From Flavobacteriales bacterium (GTDB taxonomy: Bacteria; Bacteroidota; Bacteroidia; Flavobacteriales_F; PHOS-HE28), in assembly GCA_030584065.1 (NCBI GenBank), contig CP129489.1:130797-194796 (forward strand): 64,000 bases of DNA. Reading direction: 5' to 3'. Each line of letters starts with the position of its first letter. Positions within the stretch are counted from its first letter, which is position 1. Positions 55,951 to 63,868 of this stretch are shown here, one piece after another. Below the pieces are notes generated by a model that saw only the letters and a program-made list of their open reading frames with translations, was not told the origin of the DNA and did no database searches. The position numbers and the translations under genes were made by a program.

Positions 55951-57054
55951 ATGCTCTGGATCCTGCTGGGCCTCCTGGCCGCTCTCGGCCTTGCTCTCGC
56001 GCTCTACTTCCGCTTCGCGCCGCGCATCGGCGCCGATCCCGAAGGCGCGCGCCTCGAGCGCATCAAGGCATCGCCCAACCAGGTGGATGGCCGGTTCCGC
56101 AACGTGGTGGAGACCAGCATGGACATGCCCTTGGGCACCATGCTGGGCGTGCTATGGGAGTTCGCCAAGGGCGCCGAGGGCCGCGAGCCGGAGGACACCA
56201 TCCCCACGGTGGGCTTCGACGCGGATGCCTGGGCCGCCGTGCCGGACAGCGCCCTGGCCGTGTGCTGGTTCGGCCACTCCACGCTGCTCATCAAGGTCGA
56301 TGGCCTCACCTTCCTCACCGACCCCGTGTTCGGCGAGCGCGCCAGCTCCTTCTCCTTCGTGGGACCGAAACGCTTCCGCTATACGAAGCACATGCACGCC
56401 GACCTGGTGCCGCAGGTGGATGCGGTGCTCCTCTCGCACGACCATTACGATCACCTCGACCACGAGACCATCCTGCAGTTGAAGGACAGGCGCTTCATCG
56501 CGCCGCTCGGCGTGGGCGCGCACCTGGAGCGCTGGGGCGTGCCCGCAGCGGCCATCACCGAGATGGACTGGTGGGAGAGCGGCGCCCTCGGCCCCGTGAA
56601 GCTCACGCTCGCGCCAGCGCGCCACTTCAGCGGCCGCAGCCTCACCAACCGCTTCACCACCCTCTGGGGCTCGTGGGTCATCGAGGGCCGCACCAAGCGC
56701 GTGTACTTCGGCGCGGACTCAGGCTATTCGCCCACGTTCAAGGCAATCGGCGAGCGTTTCGGCCCGTTCGATCTGGCACTGCTGGAATGCGGTGCCTATA
56801 ACGAGCGCTGGAGCAGCATCCACATGATGCCCGAAGAGACCGCCCAAGCCGCCGTGGACGTGAAGGCCCATGTGCTGTTGCCGGTCCATTGGGGCAAATT
56901 CAGCCTGGCCATGCACCCGTGGAAGGAGCCCATCGAGCGGCTCACCGCGAAGGCGGCCGAGTTGGGCGTCCCCTTGCTCACGCCGCGCATCGGGCGCATC
57001 GTCAACGGGCCGGACCTCAGGCTCAGCGAGCCTTGGTGGACCGCGGTGCGCTGA
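55951..57054 (+). CDS. MBL-fold metallo-hydrolase (NAPE-PLD-like) with N-terminal TM
   Basis: ATG at 55951 (ORF track TTG at 55906); HxHxDH motif LLSHDHYDHLD. Confidence 0.85.
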   Translation: MLWILLGLLAALGLALALYFRFAPRIGADPEGARLERIKASPNQVDGRFRNVVETSMDMPLGTMLGVLWEFAKGAEGREPEDTIPTVGFDADAWAAVPDSALAVCWFGHSTLLIKVDGLTFLTDPVFGERASSFSFVGPKRFRYTKHMHADLVPQVDAVLLSHDHYDHLDHETILQLKDRRFIAPLGVGAHLERWGVPAAAITEMDWWESGALGPVKLTLAPARHFSGRSLTNRFTTLWGSWVIEGRTKRVYFGADSGYSPTFKAIGERFGPFDLALLECGAYNERWSSIHMMPEETAQAAVDVKAHVLLPVHWGKFSLAMHPWKEPIERLTAKAAELGVPLLTPRIGRIVNGPDLRLSEPWWTAVR

Positions 57055-57093
57055 ATGCACGAGCGCCGCCTGAGGGCGGCGCTCATGCATTCA
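57052..57093. terminator. Long bidirectional hairpin between convergent genes
   Basis: TGAATGCACGAGCGCCGCC-TGAG-GGCGGCGCTCATGCATTCA, 19-bp stem with one mismatch; includes the TGA stop of the MBL gene. Confidence 0.7.
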
Positions 57094-57105
57094 GCGGCGC
57101 AGTGC

Positions 57106-57696
57106 TCAGCGTGCGATCACCACGCGCTGCTCGCGGCGCAGCGTGCCATCGCGGTCGGTGATGCGGAGCACGTAGGTGCCGGGCGCAAGGCCGGCCACCG
57201 GCAGGCGGTCGTTGCCCGTGAGGGGGCTTTGCAGCGCCTGGCGGCCTTGGGCATCGATCAACAAGGCCGTGCCGCCAGCGGCCTCCGGCTGCTGCACTGT
57301 CAGCTCCTGGGCGACGGGGTTGGGGAAGACCAGGGCGATGCGCTCCGTCAGCGGCTCACGCACACCGGTGCCGCTCTCCACCACGATCCGCCCCTTCATG
57401 CCCATGCTGGCGTGCGGGATGCAGACGTAGTAGTAGGTGCCGGGGTCGGTGAGCGTGAGCTGGTGCGTGCCCGAGTTGAAGTTGAAGCCGCCTGGCAGTG
57501 CCGTGTTGCCGTTGGCGTTCCACGTTGCTTCGCTCACCTGGGTGAAGGTGTGCCCCCCGCCCAGGGTGATGGTGATCTCCGTGCCCGGCGGCACGGTGAG
57601 CAGGTTCGGGTTGAAGGTGAAGTTCGACTGGTTGATGGTCTGCGCACCAGCAGCGGTGGCCAGCAGTGCGGAGAGTACGGTGTAGGGTGCCTTCAT
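57106..57696 (-). CDS. Cupredoxin (plastocyanin/azurin-like blue-copper) protein with T9SS CTD
   Basis: Signal peptide MKAPYTVLSALLATAAGA; ligand pattern GGGHTF ... YYYVCIPHASMGM; CTD LVFPNPVAQELTV...GTYVLRITDRDG. Confidence 0.85.
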   Translation of the reverse strand: MKAPYTVLSALLATAAGAQTINQSNFTFNPNLLTVPPGTEITITLGGGHTFTQVSEATWNANGNTALPGGFNFNSGTHQLTLTDPGTYYYVCIPHASMGMKGRIVVESGTGVREPLTERIALVFPNPVAQELTVQQPEAAGGTALLIDAQGRQALQSPLTGNDRLPVAGLAPGTYVLRITDRDGTLRREQRVVIAR

Positions 57697-57766
57697 GGGA
57701 GTTCGGTTGGGGTTAAGACGCGCGGCGCGCCCGTTCCGCTGCCCGGCGGTGCCGAACGGTTCGCGC

Positions 57767-58399
57767 TCAGGCCATGGCGTAGAGCGCGGCGCCCACCAGC
57801 CAGGTGAGGAGGAAGCTGATGTAGGCCAGCCGCAGCGGGCGGTATTTTTTCCGCGCGATGTAGTGGCCGTGGCTGTGGAGCTCCTCCAGGATGGCATCGT
57901 GGGTGCGGGGCGGCGAGGAGAGCACCTCGTGCATGCGTCGCTTGTAATCCGGAAGCGAGAGCTGGATGAAGGAGGTGAAGAAGAGCAGCGAGAAGCCCTT
58001 GGGCAGCGGCGCCCCATCGGGCAGCTGCCGGCCCAGGGGCGGCGCCTTGGGCAGCGTGGAGTAGGCGCAGAGCAGGATGGTGGTGAGCGCACCGAAGACC
58101 ATCACCCAGTAGTGGGCCTTGGGGCCGGTGAGCGCATGGTCAGACACCTTGCTGAGCGCGAACTGCAGCAGCACCGCTGAGAGCGTGAGCATCAGGTTCG
58201 CCTTCAGGTCGCTCATCTGGCTCACCGTCATCAGGTTCCACCGACTCTGGATGAGCAGGTGGTCGCGATGGTCCGCCTGATAGGGATCCACATCCTCGTA
58301 GCGCGCCGGAGGTGCGGCTTCGGAGTCGCGGAGGGGCTGCTCGGGCCGGGGTGGCTCGGGGGTGGGCTGCTGCCTGTCGTCGACGGGGGGCTGTGACAT
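57767..58399 (-). CDS. PycTM/DUF5706-like membrane protein (Pycsar-effector-type domain) with Pro/Glu-rich N-terminal extension
   Basis: SDLKANLMLTLSAVLLQ, LLFFTSFIQLSLPDYKRRMHEVL, HGHYIARKKYRPLRLAYISFLLTWLV match my memory of the DUF5706 pattern; not verified by search. Confidence 0.6.
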   Translation of the reverse strand: MSQPPVDDRQQPTPEPPRPEQPLRDSEAAPPARYEDVDPYQADHRDHLLIQSRWNLMTVSQMSDLKANLMLTLSAVLLQFALSKVSDHALTGPKAHYWVMVFGALTTILLCAYSTLPKAPPLGRQLPDGAPLPKGFSLLFFTSFIQLSLPDYKRRMHEVLSSPPRTHDAILEELHSHGHYIARKKYRPLRLAYISFLLTWLVGAALYAMA

Positions 58400-58437
58400 G
58401 CCCCAAAGAAAGCGGCTCCGTGCACGCAGCGCCCCGC

Positions 58438-60021
58438 TCAGCGCACTTTGAGCAGGTTGCGCACCTGCTGGCTGCCTTCGTTCTGCAGCCGCGCATAGTA
58501 CACGCCGGCGGGCAGGTCGCCCAGGTCCACGTCCACGCGGTAGGTGCCGGCAGGCATGGGCTGGTTCAACGCGGTCTGCATCAGCTGGCCCTGCTCGTTG
58601 AAGACCTGCACCAGCACGCGGCCGCCGTGGCTCACGTACTCGAGCGTGGTGCGCTCGGTGAAGGGGTTGGGGAAGGCGCGCAGCAGCTCGTTGCCGGCGC
58701 GCTGGTTCACCTCGCGGATGTCCGTGCCCAGGCAGCCCTCGGGGTCGATCAGCGCCAGCGGCTGGTAGGTGTTCAGCAGCACCGTGTCGATGTCATTCTC
58801 CTCCAGGCAGAACCAGTCCTTCAGCACGCTGGCATACACCGACCGGAAGTCGTACTGCATGGCCAGGTTGGTCTGGTAGGTGGCGTTGGCGGGGATCTCC
58901 GGGTTGGTGCCCAGCATGCCGGGGATCACCTTGGTGCCGAAGAGGAACATGGGCTGCGCGCTGCCATGGTCGGTGCCCAGCGAGGCGTTATCCACGATGC
59001 GGCGGCCGAATTCGCTGAAGGTCATGCCCAGCACGCGGTCCTCCAGGCCCAGCAGGTTCAGGTCGTCCTGGAAGGCGTGGATGCTGTCGCTCAGGCCCTG
59101 CAGCAGGTTGGCGTGGAAGCCGATGGTGTGGTCGCTGTCCTCAACCTGCTGGGCGTGCGTGTCGAATCCGCCGATGCTCACCCAGTAGATCTTCGTCTTC
59201 AGTCCGCCGCAGATGAGCTGCGCCACGATCTTCAGCGCCTGCGCCAGCTCGGCGCCCGGCGCGTTGCCGGTGGGGTAGAGGGTGCTCTGGTTGCAGCCCG
59301 CCACCGCCGCCGCCTCGATCACATCGCCGTAGAGGTCGGTCTGCCGCTGCACCTGCCGCGCGAAGGACAGCTTGCCGCCGCTGCAGGTGGCGGGCGCCGC
59401 GTCCTGGTAGATGTTCCCGGCCAGGTTGAGCGGGTCGTTGGTGTTGTTGAGGGCCACCGCCATGCTCACGCCCATGTGCTGGAGGCCGGGTCCCACGGCG
59501 CCGCCGATGCGGATGGCGAGCGGGTCGGGCATGTCGGTGTTGGGGTAGCCCGCGGGGTAGTTGGGGTACTCGAAATTGAGGTAGCGCCCCGTCCAGCCCG
59601 AGCTCAGCAGCTGGTTGGCATCGGCGCCCGTCTCGTAGATGTCGGTGGCCCGGAAGTGGGAGTAGTTCGGCTCGGGATAGCTCACGCCCTGCACGATGGC
59701 CAGCTTGCCGTCCTCCCACAGCTCGCGCATGCCGCCCATGGCGGGGTGCAGCCCGGTGCCGCCCAGGCCGCCCAGGGGGAGCGCCGCCGCCTGCGGGATG
59801 AGCACGTAGGGGCGCTTGGCGGCCAGCGTGCCGTACTGGTCCAGCGGGATCACCGTGTTCAGCCCGTCGTTGCCGCCGAAGAGCTGCACGATCACCAGCA
59901 CGCGGTCCTCGGCGGTGCGGCTGTTGCGCAGGGCTTGAAGCAAGGGACTGGCGAAGCCTTGCACGGTGAATCCGCCCAAGGTGGCCACCGATGAGGTGCG
60001 GAGGAAGTGTCTGCGGTCCAT
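58438..60021 (-). CDS. DUF1501-family protein with twin-arginine signal and T9SS CTD
   Basis: Start MDRRHFLRTSSVATLGGF (Tat motif); DUF1501-like body (VIVQLFGGNDGLNTVIP..., GTDHG); CTD LLRAFPNPFTERTTLEY...GVYYARLQNEG. Confidence 0.85.
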   Translation of the reverse strand: MDRRHFLRTSSVATLGGFTVQGFASPLLQALRNSRTAEDRVLVIVQLFGGNDGLNTVIPLDQYGTLAAKRPYVLIPQAAALPLGGLGGTGLHPAMGGMRELWEDGKLAIVQGVSYPEPNYSHFRATDIYETGADANQLLSSGWTGRYLNFEYPNYPAGYPNTDMPDPLAIRIGGAVGPGLQHMGVSMAVALNNTNDPLNLAGNIYQDAAPATCSGGKLSFARQVQRQTDLYGDVIEAAAVAGCNQSTLYPTGNAPGAELAQALKIVAQLICGGLKTKIYWVSIGGFDTHAQQVEDSDHTIGFHANLLQGLSDSIHAFQDDLNLLGLEDRVLGMTFSEFGRRIVDNASLGTDHGSAQPMFLFGTKVIPGMLGTNPEIPANATYQTNLAMQYDFRSVYASVLKDWFCLEENDIDTVLLNTYQPLALIDPEGCLGTDIREVNQRAGNELLRAFPNPFTERTTLEYVSHGGRVLVQVFNEQGQLMQTALNQPMPAGTYRVDVDLGDLPAGVYYARLQNEGSQQVRNLLKVR

Positions 60022-60040
60022 GGTTGGTGATTCGGGGGAT

Positions 60041-61708
60041 TCAGTGCAATTGGGTCTCGGCGGCCTTCGCCATGTCAAGGAAGAGCCACAGCAGCATGCT
60101 CGGCACCAGCTGCGCCGTCATGTCGGTGGTATTGGGGTCGGTCACATAGAGCTCGTAGGCGTCGCTCCAGTAGCTGTCCGTGAGCTGGCCGAGCAGCAGG
60201 TAGCTGATCTTCAGCTGCGTGCGCACCAGCAGGCTCACCGGCACGGCGAACATCAGCTCGGCCGCATCGCTCACCAGCGCGTTGGGGTTCATGGGATCGG
60301 AGAACTGGCCCACCAGCCCAACGAAGTCCACCTTGAACTCCAGGTTGCGGCTCTCGGGCTGGTAGAGGTTGTTGGGCGTGGAGAAGCCGCTGAAGAGCAG
60401 CGCCGCCAGCGAGTTGTTGCGCGCCGGATAGGTGGCCGTGTCGAGCCAGATGTCGTCGTAGGCGGGGAACTGGTAGTAGGCCGGCCAGCCCGCCACGTTG
60501 GGCACGTTGAGCAGCTCCTGGCCGCTGTAGGCGGTGAGGAAGTACACATCGCGCCACACGCGGTACTGCGCCTCCACCTGCGCGGGTGTGGGCATGGGCA
60601 TGTCGAGCTTGCGGATGGACCCGATCACCAGGTCGGCCGGGCTCATGATCATGCACGCCCGGATCTGCGCGCTGAAGAAGTGGTCGCTCGTCAGCAGCGC
60701 CTGCATCACCGTGCGCAGCTGGTCTGGCGCGCCCATGTGGGCCCGGAAGAGCTCGGCCAGCGGCTCGATCACCTGTGCCTCGGTGGCGGCATCGATCTCA
60801 CCGTGCACGAAGAAGCGGTAGAGCTCGCGGCAGATGAAGCGCGAGACCTCCTCCTTGGCCATGATCATGTCCAGCAGCGCGTTCAGCTCGGCCTCGCCGC
60901 CGTCCTGGCCGCCCTGCCCCTGGATGATGGTGTTGTTGAAGAAGGCGCTGAACTGCTTGTCGGCGGTGACGTGCTGGCTGGGGCGGTAGGCCACGTAGGG
61001 CAGCACGATGTCGCCCAGCTGGTCGGTCTCGCGCACGGTCCATCCGGTGAGCACCCGTGCCGCCGCCTGCACGTCCTCCTCGGTGTAGCCGCTGCCCTCG
61101 CCCAGGGTGAAGAGCTCCATCAGCTCGCGCGCATAGTTCTCGTCGGGCGCGTTGGCCGTGTTGAGGAAGCCGTTGAGGTAGATGAGCATGGCGCCGCTCA
61201 CCGTCACATCGTGCACCAGCTGCCTGAAGTTGCCCAGGCATTGCGTGCGCAGCAGCTGGTCGTACTCATAGCTGAAGCGCGGGTTGAAGACCTGGAACAC
61301 CTGCGTGGGCATGTGGTTGTACCAGAAGAGGGCCATCTTCTCGCGGATGTTCCGGTCCTGGTGCACCATGAGGCCCGTGCGCCACCACGCGTAGCTCTGC
61401 AGCCGCGCGCTGCTGATGTCGGCCAGCTCCACCTCACTGCCGTAGCGCGGGGTGTCCACCCAGGTGCTGCCGAAGGGCACCTGCGGGTCCAGCGCGTTGG
61501 GATCGGGCGCGCTGCCATTGAGGTTCCAGTAGGTCTTCACCGGCGGCGCGGTGTCGTTGGTGAAGGTGAGCAGCGCATCCACCACCTGTGCGAGCGACTG
61601 CCCTTGGAAGTGGGCCAGGTCGGCGTTGGAGCAGCCGAACAGGGTGCGCCGCAGCAGGTGCTGCTGCTCGGCGCGGCCGAAGGGGCCGGTGTAGGGGGTG
61701 AGTGGCAT
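60041..61708 (-). CDS. DUF1800-family protein
   Basis: ATG at 61708 (TTG at 61735 also in frame); N-terminal HLLRRTLFG motif typical of DUF1800; 19-nt gap to the DUF1501 gene. Confidence 0.8.
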   Translation of the reverse strand: MPLTPYTGPFGRAEQQHLLRRTLFGCSNADLAHFQGQSLAQVVDALLTFTNDTAPPVKTYWNLNGSAPDPNALDPQVPFGSTWVDTPRYGSEVELADISSARLQSYAWWRTGLMVHQDRNIREKMALFWYNHMPTQVFQVFNPRFSYEYDQLLRTQCLGNFRQLVHDVTVSGAMLIYLNGFLNTANAPDENYARELMELFTLGEGSGYTEEDVQAAARVLTGWTVRETDQLGDIVLPYVAYRPSQHVTADKQFSAFFNNTIIQGQGGQDGGEAELNALLDMIMAKEEVSRFICRELYRFFVHGEIDAATEAQVIEPLAELFRAHMGAPDQLRTVMQALLTSDHFFSAQIRACMIMSPADLVIGSIRKLDMPMPTPAQVEAQYRVWRDVYFLTAYSGQELLNVPNVAGWPAYYQFPAYDDIWLDTATYPARNNSLAALLFSGFSTPNNLYQPESRNLEFKVDFVGLVGQFSDPMNPNALVSDAAELMFAVPVSLLVRTQLKISYLLLGQLTDSYWSDAYELYVTDPNTTDMTAQLVPSMLLWLFLDMAKAAETQLH

Positions 61709-61841
61709 CGGAGGGGCGTTGTCTGCGTTCGACAAACGAAGTTAGCGATAGTTGCATCGCGCCGTAAAGGGGGCAGCCCCGTTTTTTGGACGAACTATCA
61801 CCAGCCGCCGGTTGAAGGCCCGTTCCGGGCCCACCGGCCGC

Positions 61842-62867
61842 TCAGGCCAGCAGCTGCTGCACCCGCGGCGCCACCTCGGTGGCATAGAGCTCGATGCTCC
61901 GCAGCTGCAGCGCGTGGGGCAAGGTGCCCGCGCTGTACTTCAGGTCGAACCGGGACAGCCCCAGCGCCTTGGCCGTGCGGGCGATCTTGCGGGCCACCGT
62001 CTCCGGCGCGCCTGCGCAGAGGGCGCCCGTGGGCCCCGCCTGCTGCTCGAAGGCGGCGCGCGTGAGGGGCGGCCAGCCGCGCTCGCGCCCGATGCGGGCA
62101 TGCATGGCGCTGTAGTGCGGCCACAGTTCCTCCTTCGCCTGTTCGTCGGTGGGCGCCACGTAGCCGGGCGAGTGCGCCCCGATGGGCAGTGGCTCGCGGC
62201 CCAGCTGCGCCAGGGCCCGCCGGTGCAGGTCGGCGAAGGGGGCGAAGGCCAGCGGGTCGCCACCGATGATGGCGAGCATCAGCGGCAGCCCGTATTGCGC
62301 CGCACGGATCACCGACTGCGGCGTGCCGCCCACGCCGATCCAGGTGCGCAGCGCACCGCCCTCGGTGGGCGGGTGCACGCGCTGGTCCTTCAGCGGCGCG
62401 CGCGTGCGGCCGCTCCACGTGGTGGGACCCTCCTTCAGCAGCGCGCAGAACAGCTCGAGCCGCTCGTTGAACAGCGCATCGTAGTCCTCCAGCCGGAAGC
62501 CGAAGAGGGGGAAGCTCTCGGTGAAGGACCCGCGGCCGATGATCACCTCCGCCCGGCCGTTGCTCAGCGCATCCAGCGTGCTGAAGCGCTGGAAGACGCG
62601 CACCGGGTCGTCGCTGCTCAGCACCGTCACCGCGCTGCCCAGCCGGATGCGCTGCGTGCGCGCCGCGATCGCCGCAAGCACCACCTCGGGCGCACTCACC
62701 GCGAAGTCGGGGCGGTGGTGCTCACCCACCCCGAAGAAGTGCAGCCCCAGCCGGTCGGCCAGCTCCGCCTCGGCCACCACATTGCGCAGCACCTGCGCCG
62801 GGTGCAGCGGACGGCCGTCCGCATCCACCGTCACATCACCGAAGGTGTCCAGGCCGAGTTCCAGCAT
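61842..62867 (-). CDS. LLM-class (luciferase-like) flavin-dependent oxidoreductase
   Basis: Start MLELGLDTFGD...; FFGVGEHH, TIM-barrel LLM blocks; the 31 upstream ORF codons are non-protein-like. Confidence 0.85.
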   Translation of the reverse strand: MLELGLDTFGDVTVDADGRPLHPAQVLRNVVAEAELADRLGLHFFGVGEHHRPDFAVSAPEVVLAAIAARTQRIRLGSAVTVLSSDDPVRVFQRFSTLDALSNGRAEVIIGRGSFTESFPLFGFRLEDYDALFNERLELFCALLKEGPTTWSGRTRAPLKDQRVHPPTEGGALRTWIGVGGTPQSVIRAAQYGLPLMLAIIGGDPLAFAPFADLHRRALAQLGREPLPIGAHSPGYVAPTDEQAKEELWPHYSAMHARIGRERGWPPLTRAAFEQQAGPTGALCAGAPETVARKIARTAKALGLSRFDLKYSAGTLPHALQLRSIELYATEVAPRVQQLLA

Positions 62868-63021
62868 GCCCGGCGAATGTAGCCGAGCCGCCTTGACGGA
62901 AGCCGCGGGCGCCTTGGGGCGGAAGCCCCGCGGAATGGATGTGCGGGATTGGCGCGGCAATGGGGGAGGACAGACCTCCGGATCGCGAGCAGCAAGCGCC
63001 CATTCGTGCCATCTTCACGGC

Positions 63022-63783
63022 ATGAAACTCATCTCCTTCAATGTGAACGGCATCCGCGCCAGCGTGGGCAAGGGGCTGCACGATACCCTGCGGAAGCTCG
63101 ATGCGGACATCGTCTGCTTCCAGGAGACCAAGGCCACGCCCGAGCAGGTGGCGCAGGCCCTGGCCGGCGCGGACGGCTACCACGTGAACGCCTACGGCGC
63201 CGTGCGGCCCGGCTACAGCGGCACCGCCATCGCCAGCCGCGAGCAGCCCGCGCAGGTCCACTTCGGCATCGGCATGAAGGGCCACGACGACGAAGGCCGC
63301 GTGGTCACCTGCACCTTCAAGGAGCTGGTGGTGGTGTGCGTGTACACGCCCAACAGCGGTGAGGGCATGAAGCGGCTCGACTACCGCGGGGAGTGGGATG
63401 CCGCGTTCCGGCACTACGTGGCCAGGCTCGCCAAGGGCAAGCTGCCCGTGATCGTCACCGGCGACCTCAACGTGGCGCATCGGCCCATCGACATCGCCCG
63501 GCCCAAGGAGAACTACAACAAGACCAGCGGCTACACCCAGCAGGAGATCGACGGCATGGACGCCCTGCTCGCCGCCGGCTTCGTGGACAGCTACCGGCAC
63601 CTCCATCCCGACACGGTGAAGTACAGCTGGTGGAGCCAGCGCTTCGGCGCCCGCGCCAAGAATGTGGGCTGGCGCATCGACTACGTGCTGGTGTCGAAAG
63701 GCTTCGAGAAGAAGGTGAAGGAGGCCTTCATCCTCAACGAGGTGATGGGCAGCGATCACTGCCCTGTGGGCATCACCTGGTAG
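63022..63783 (+). CDS. xth: Exodeoxyribonuclease III
   Basis: MKLISFNVNGIRA..., CFQETK, GDLNVAH, SDHCPV. Confidence 0.95.
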   Translation: MKLISFNVNGIRASVGKGLHDTLRKLDADIVCFQETKATPEQVAQALAGADGYHVNAYGAVRPGYSGTAIASREQPAQVHFGIGMKGHDDEGRVVTCTFKELVVVCVYTPNSGEGMKRLDYRGEWDAAFRHYVARLAKGKLPVIVTGDLNVAHRPIDIARPKENYNKTSGYTQQEIDGMDALLAAGFVDSYRHLHPDTVKYSWWSQRFGARAKNVGWRIDYVLVSKGFEKKVKEAFILNEVMGSDHCPVGITW

Positions 63784-63812
63784 TGCGCCCGTGTCCGCCG
63801 CCAAGGACGCGG

Positions 63813-63854
63813 GGCAACCGACAACGAACATCCGGCAATCGGCAACGCACAACG
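63813..63854. repeat. Tandem heptamer array, 6 units
   Basis: GGCAACC GACAACG AACATCC GGCAATC GGCAACG CACAACG in the xth-DUF4260 intergenic region. Confidence 0.7.
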
Positions 63855-63868
63855 GAAAAGCTCCCGCC

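Noticed and set aside
61760-61790. GGGG-CAGC-CCCC hairpin followed by GTTTTTT as a terminator
   Set aside because: The T-tract is on the + strand, but both flanking genes are on the - strand. The stem is only 4 bp. Not called.
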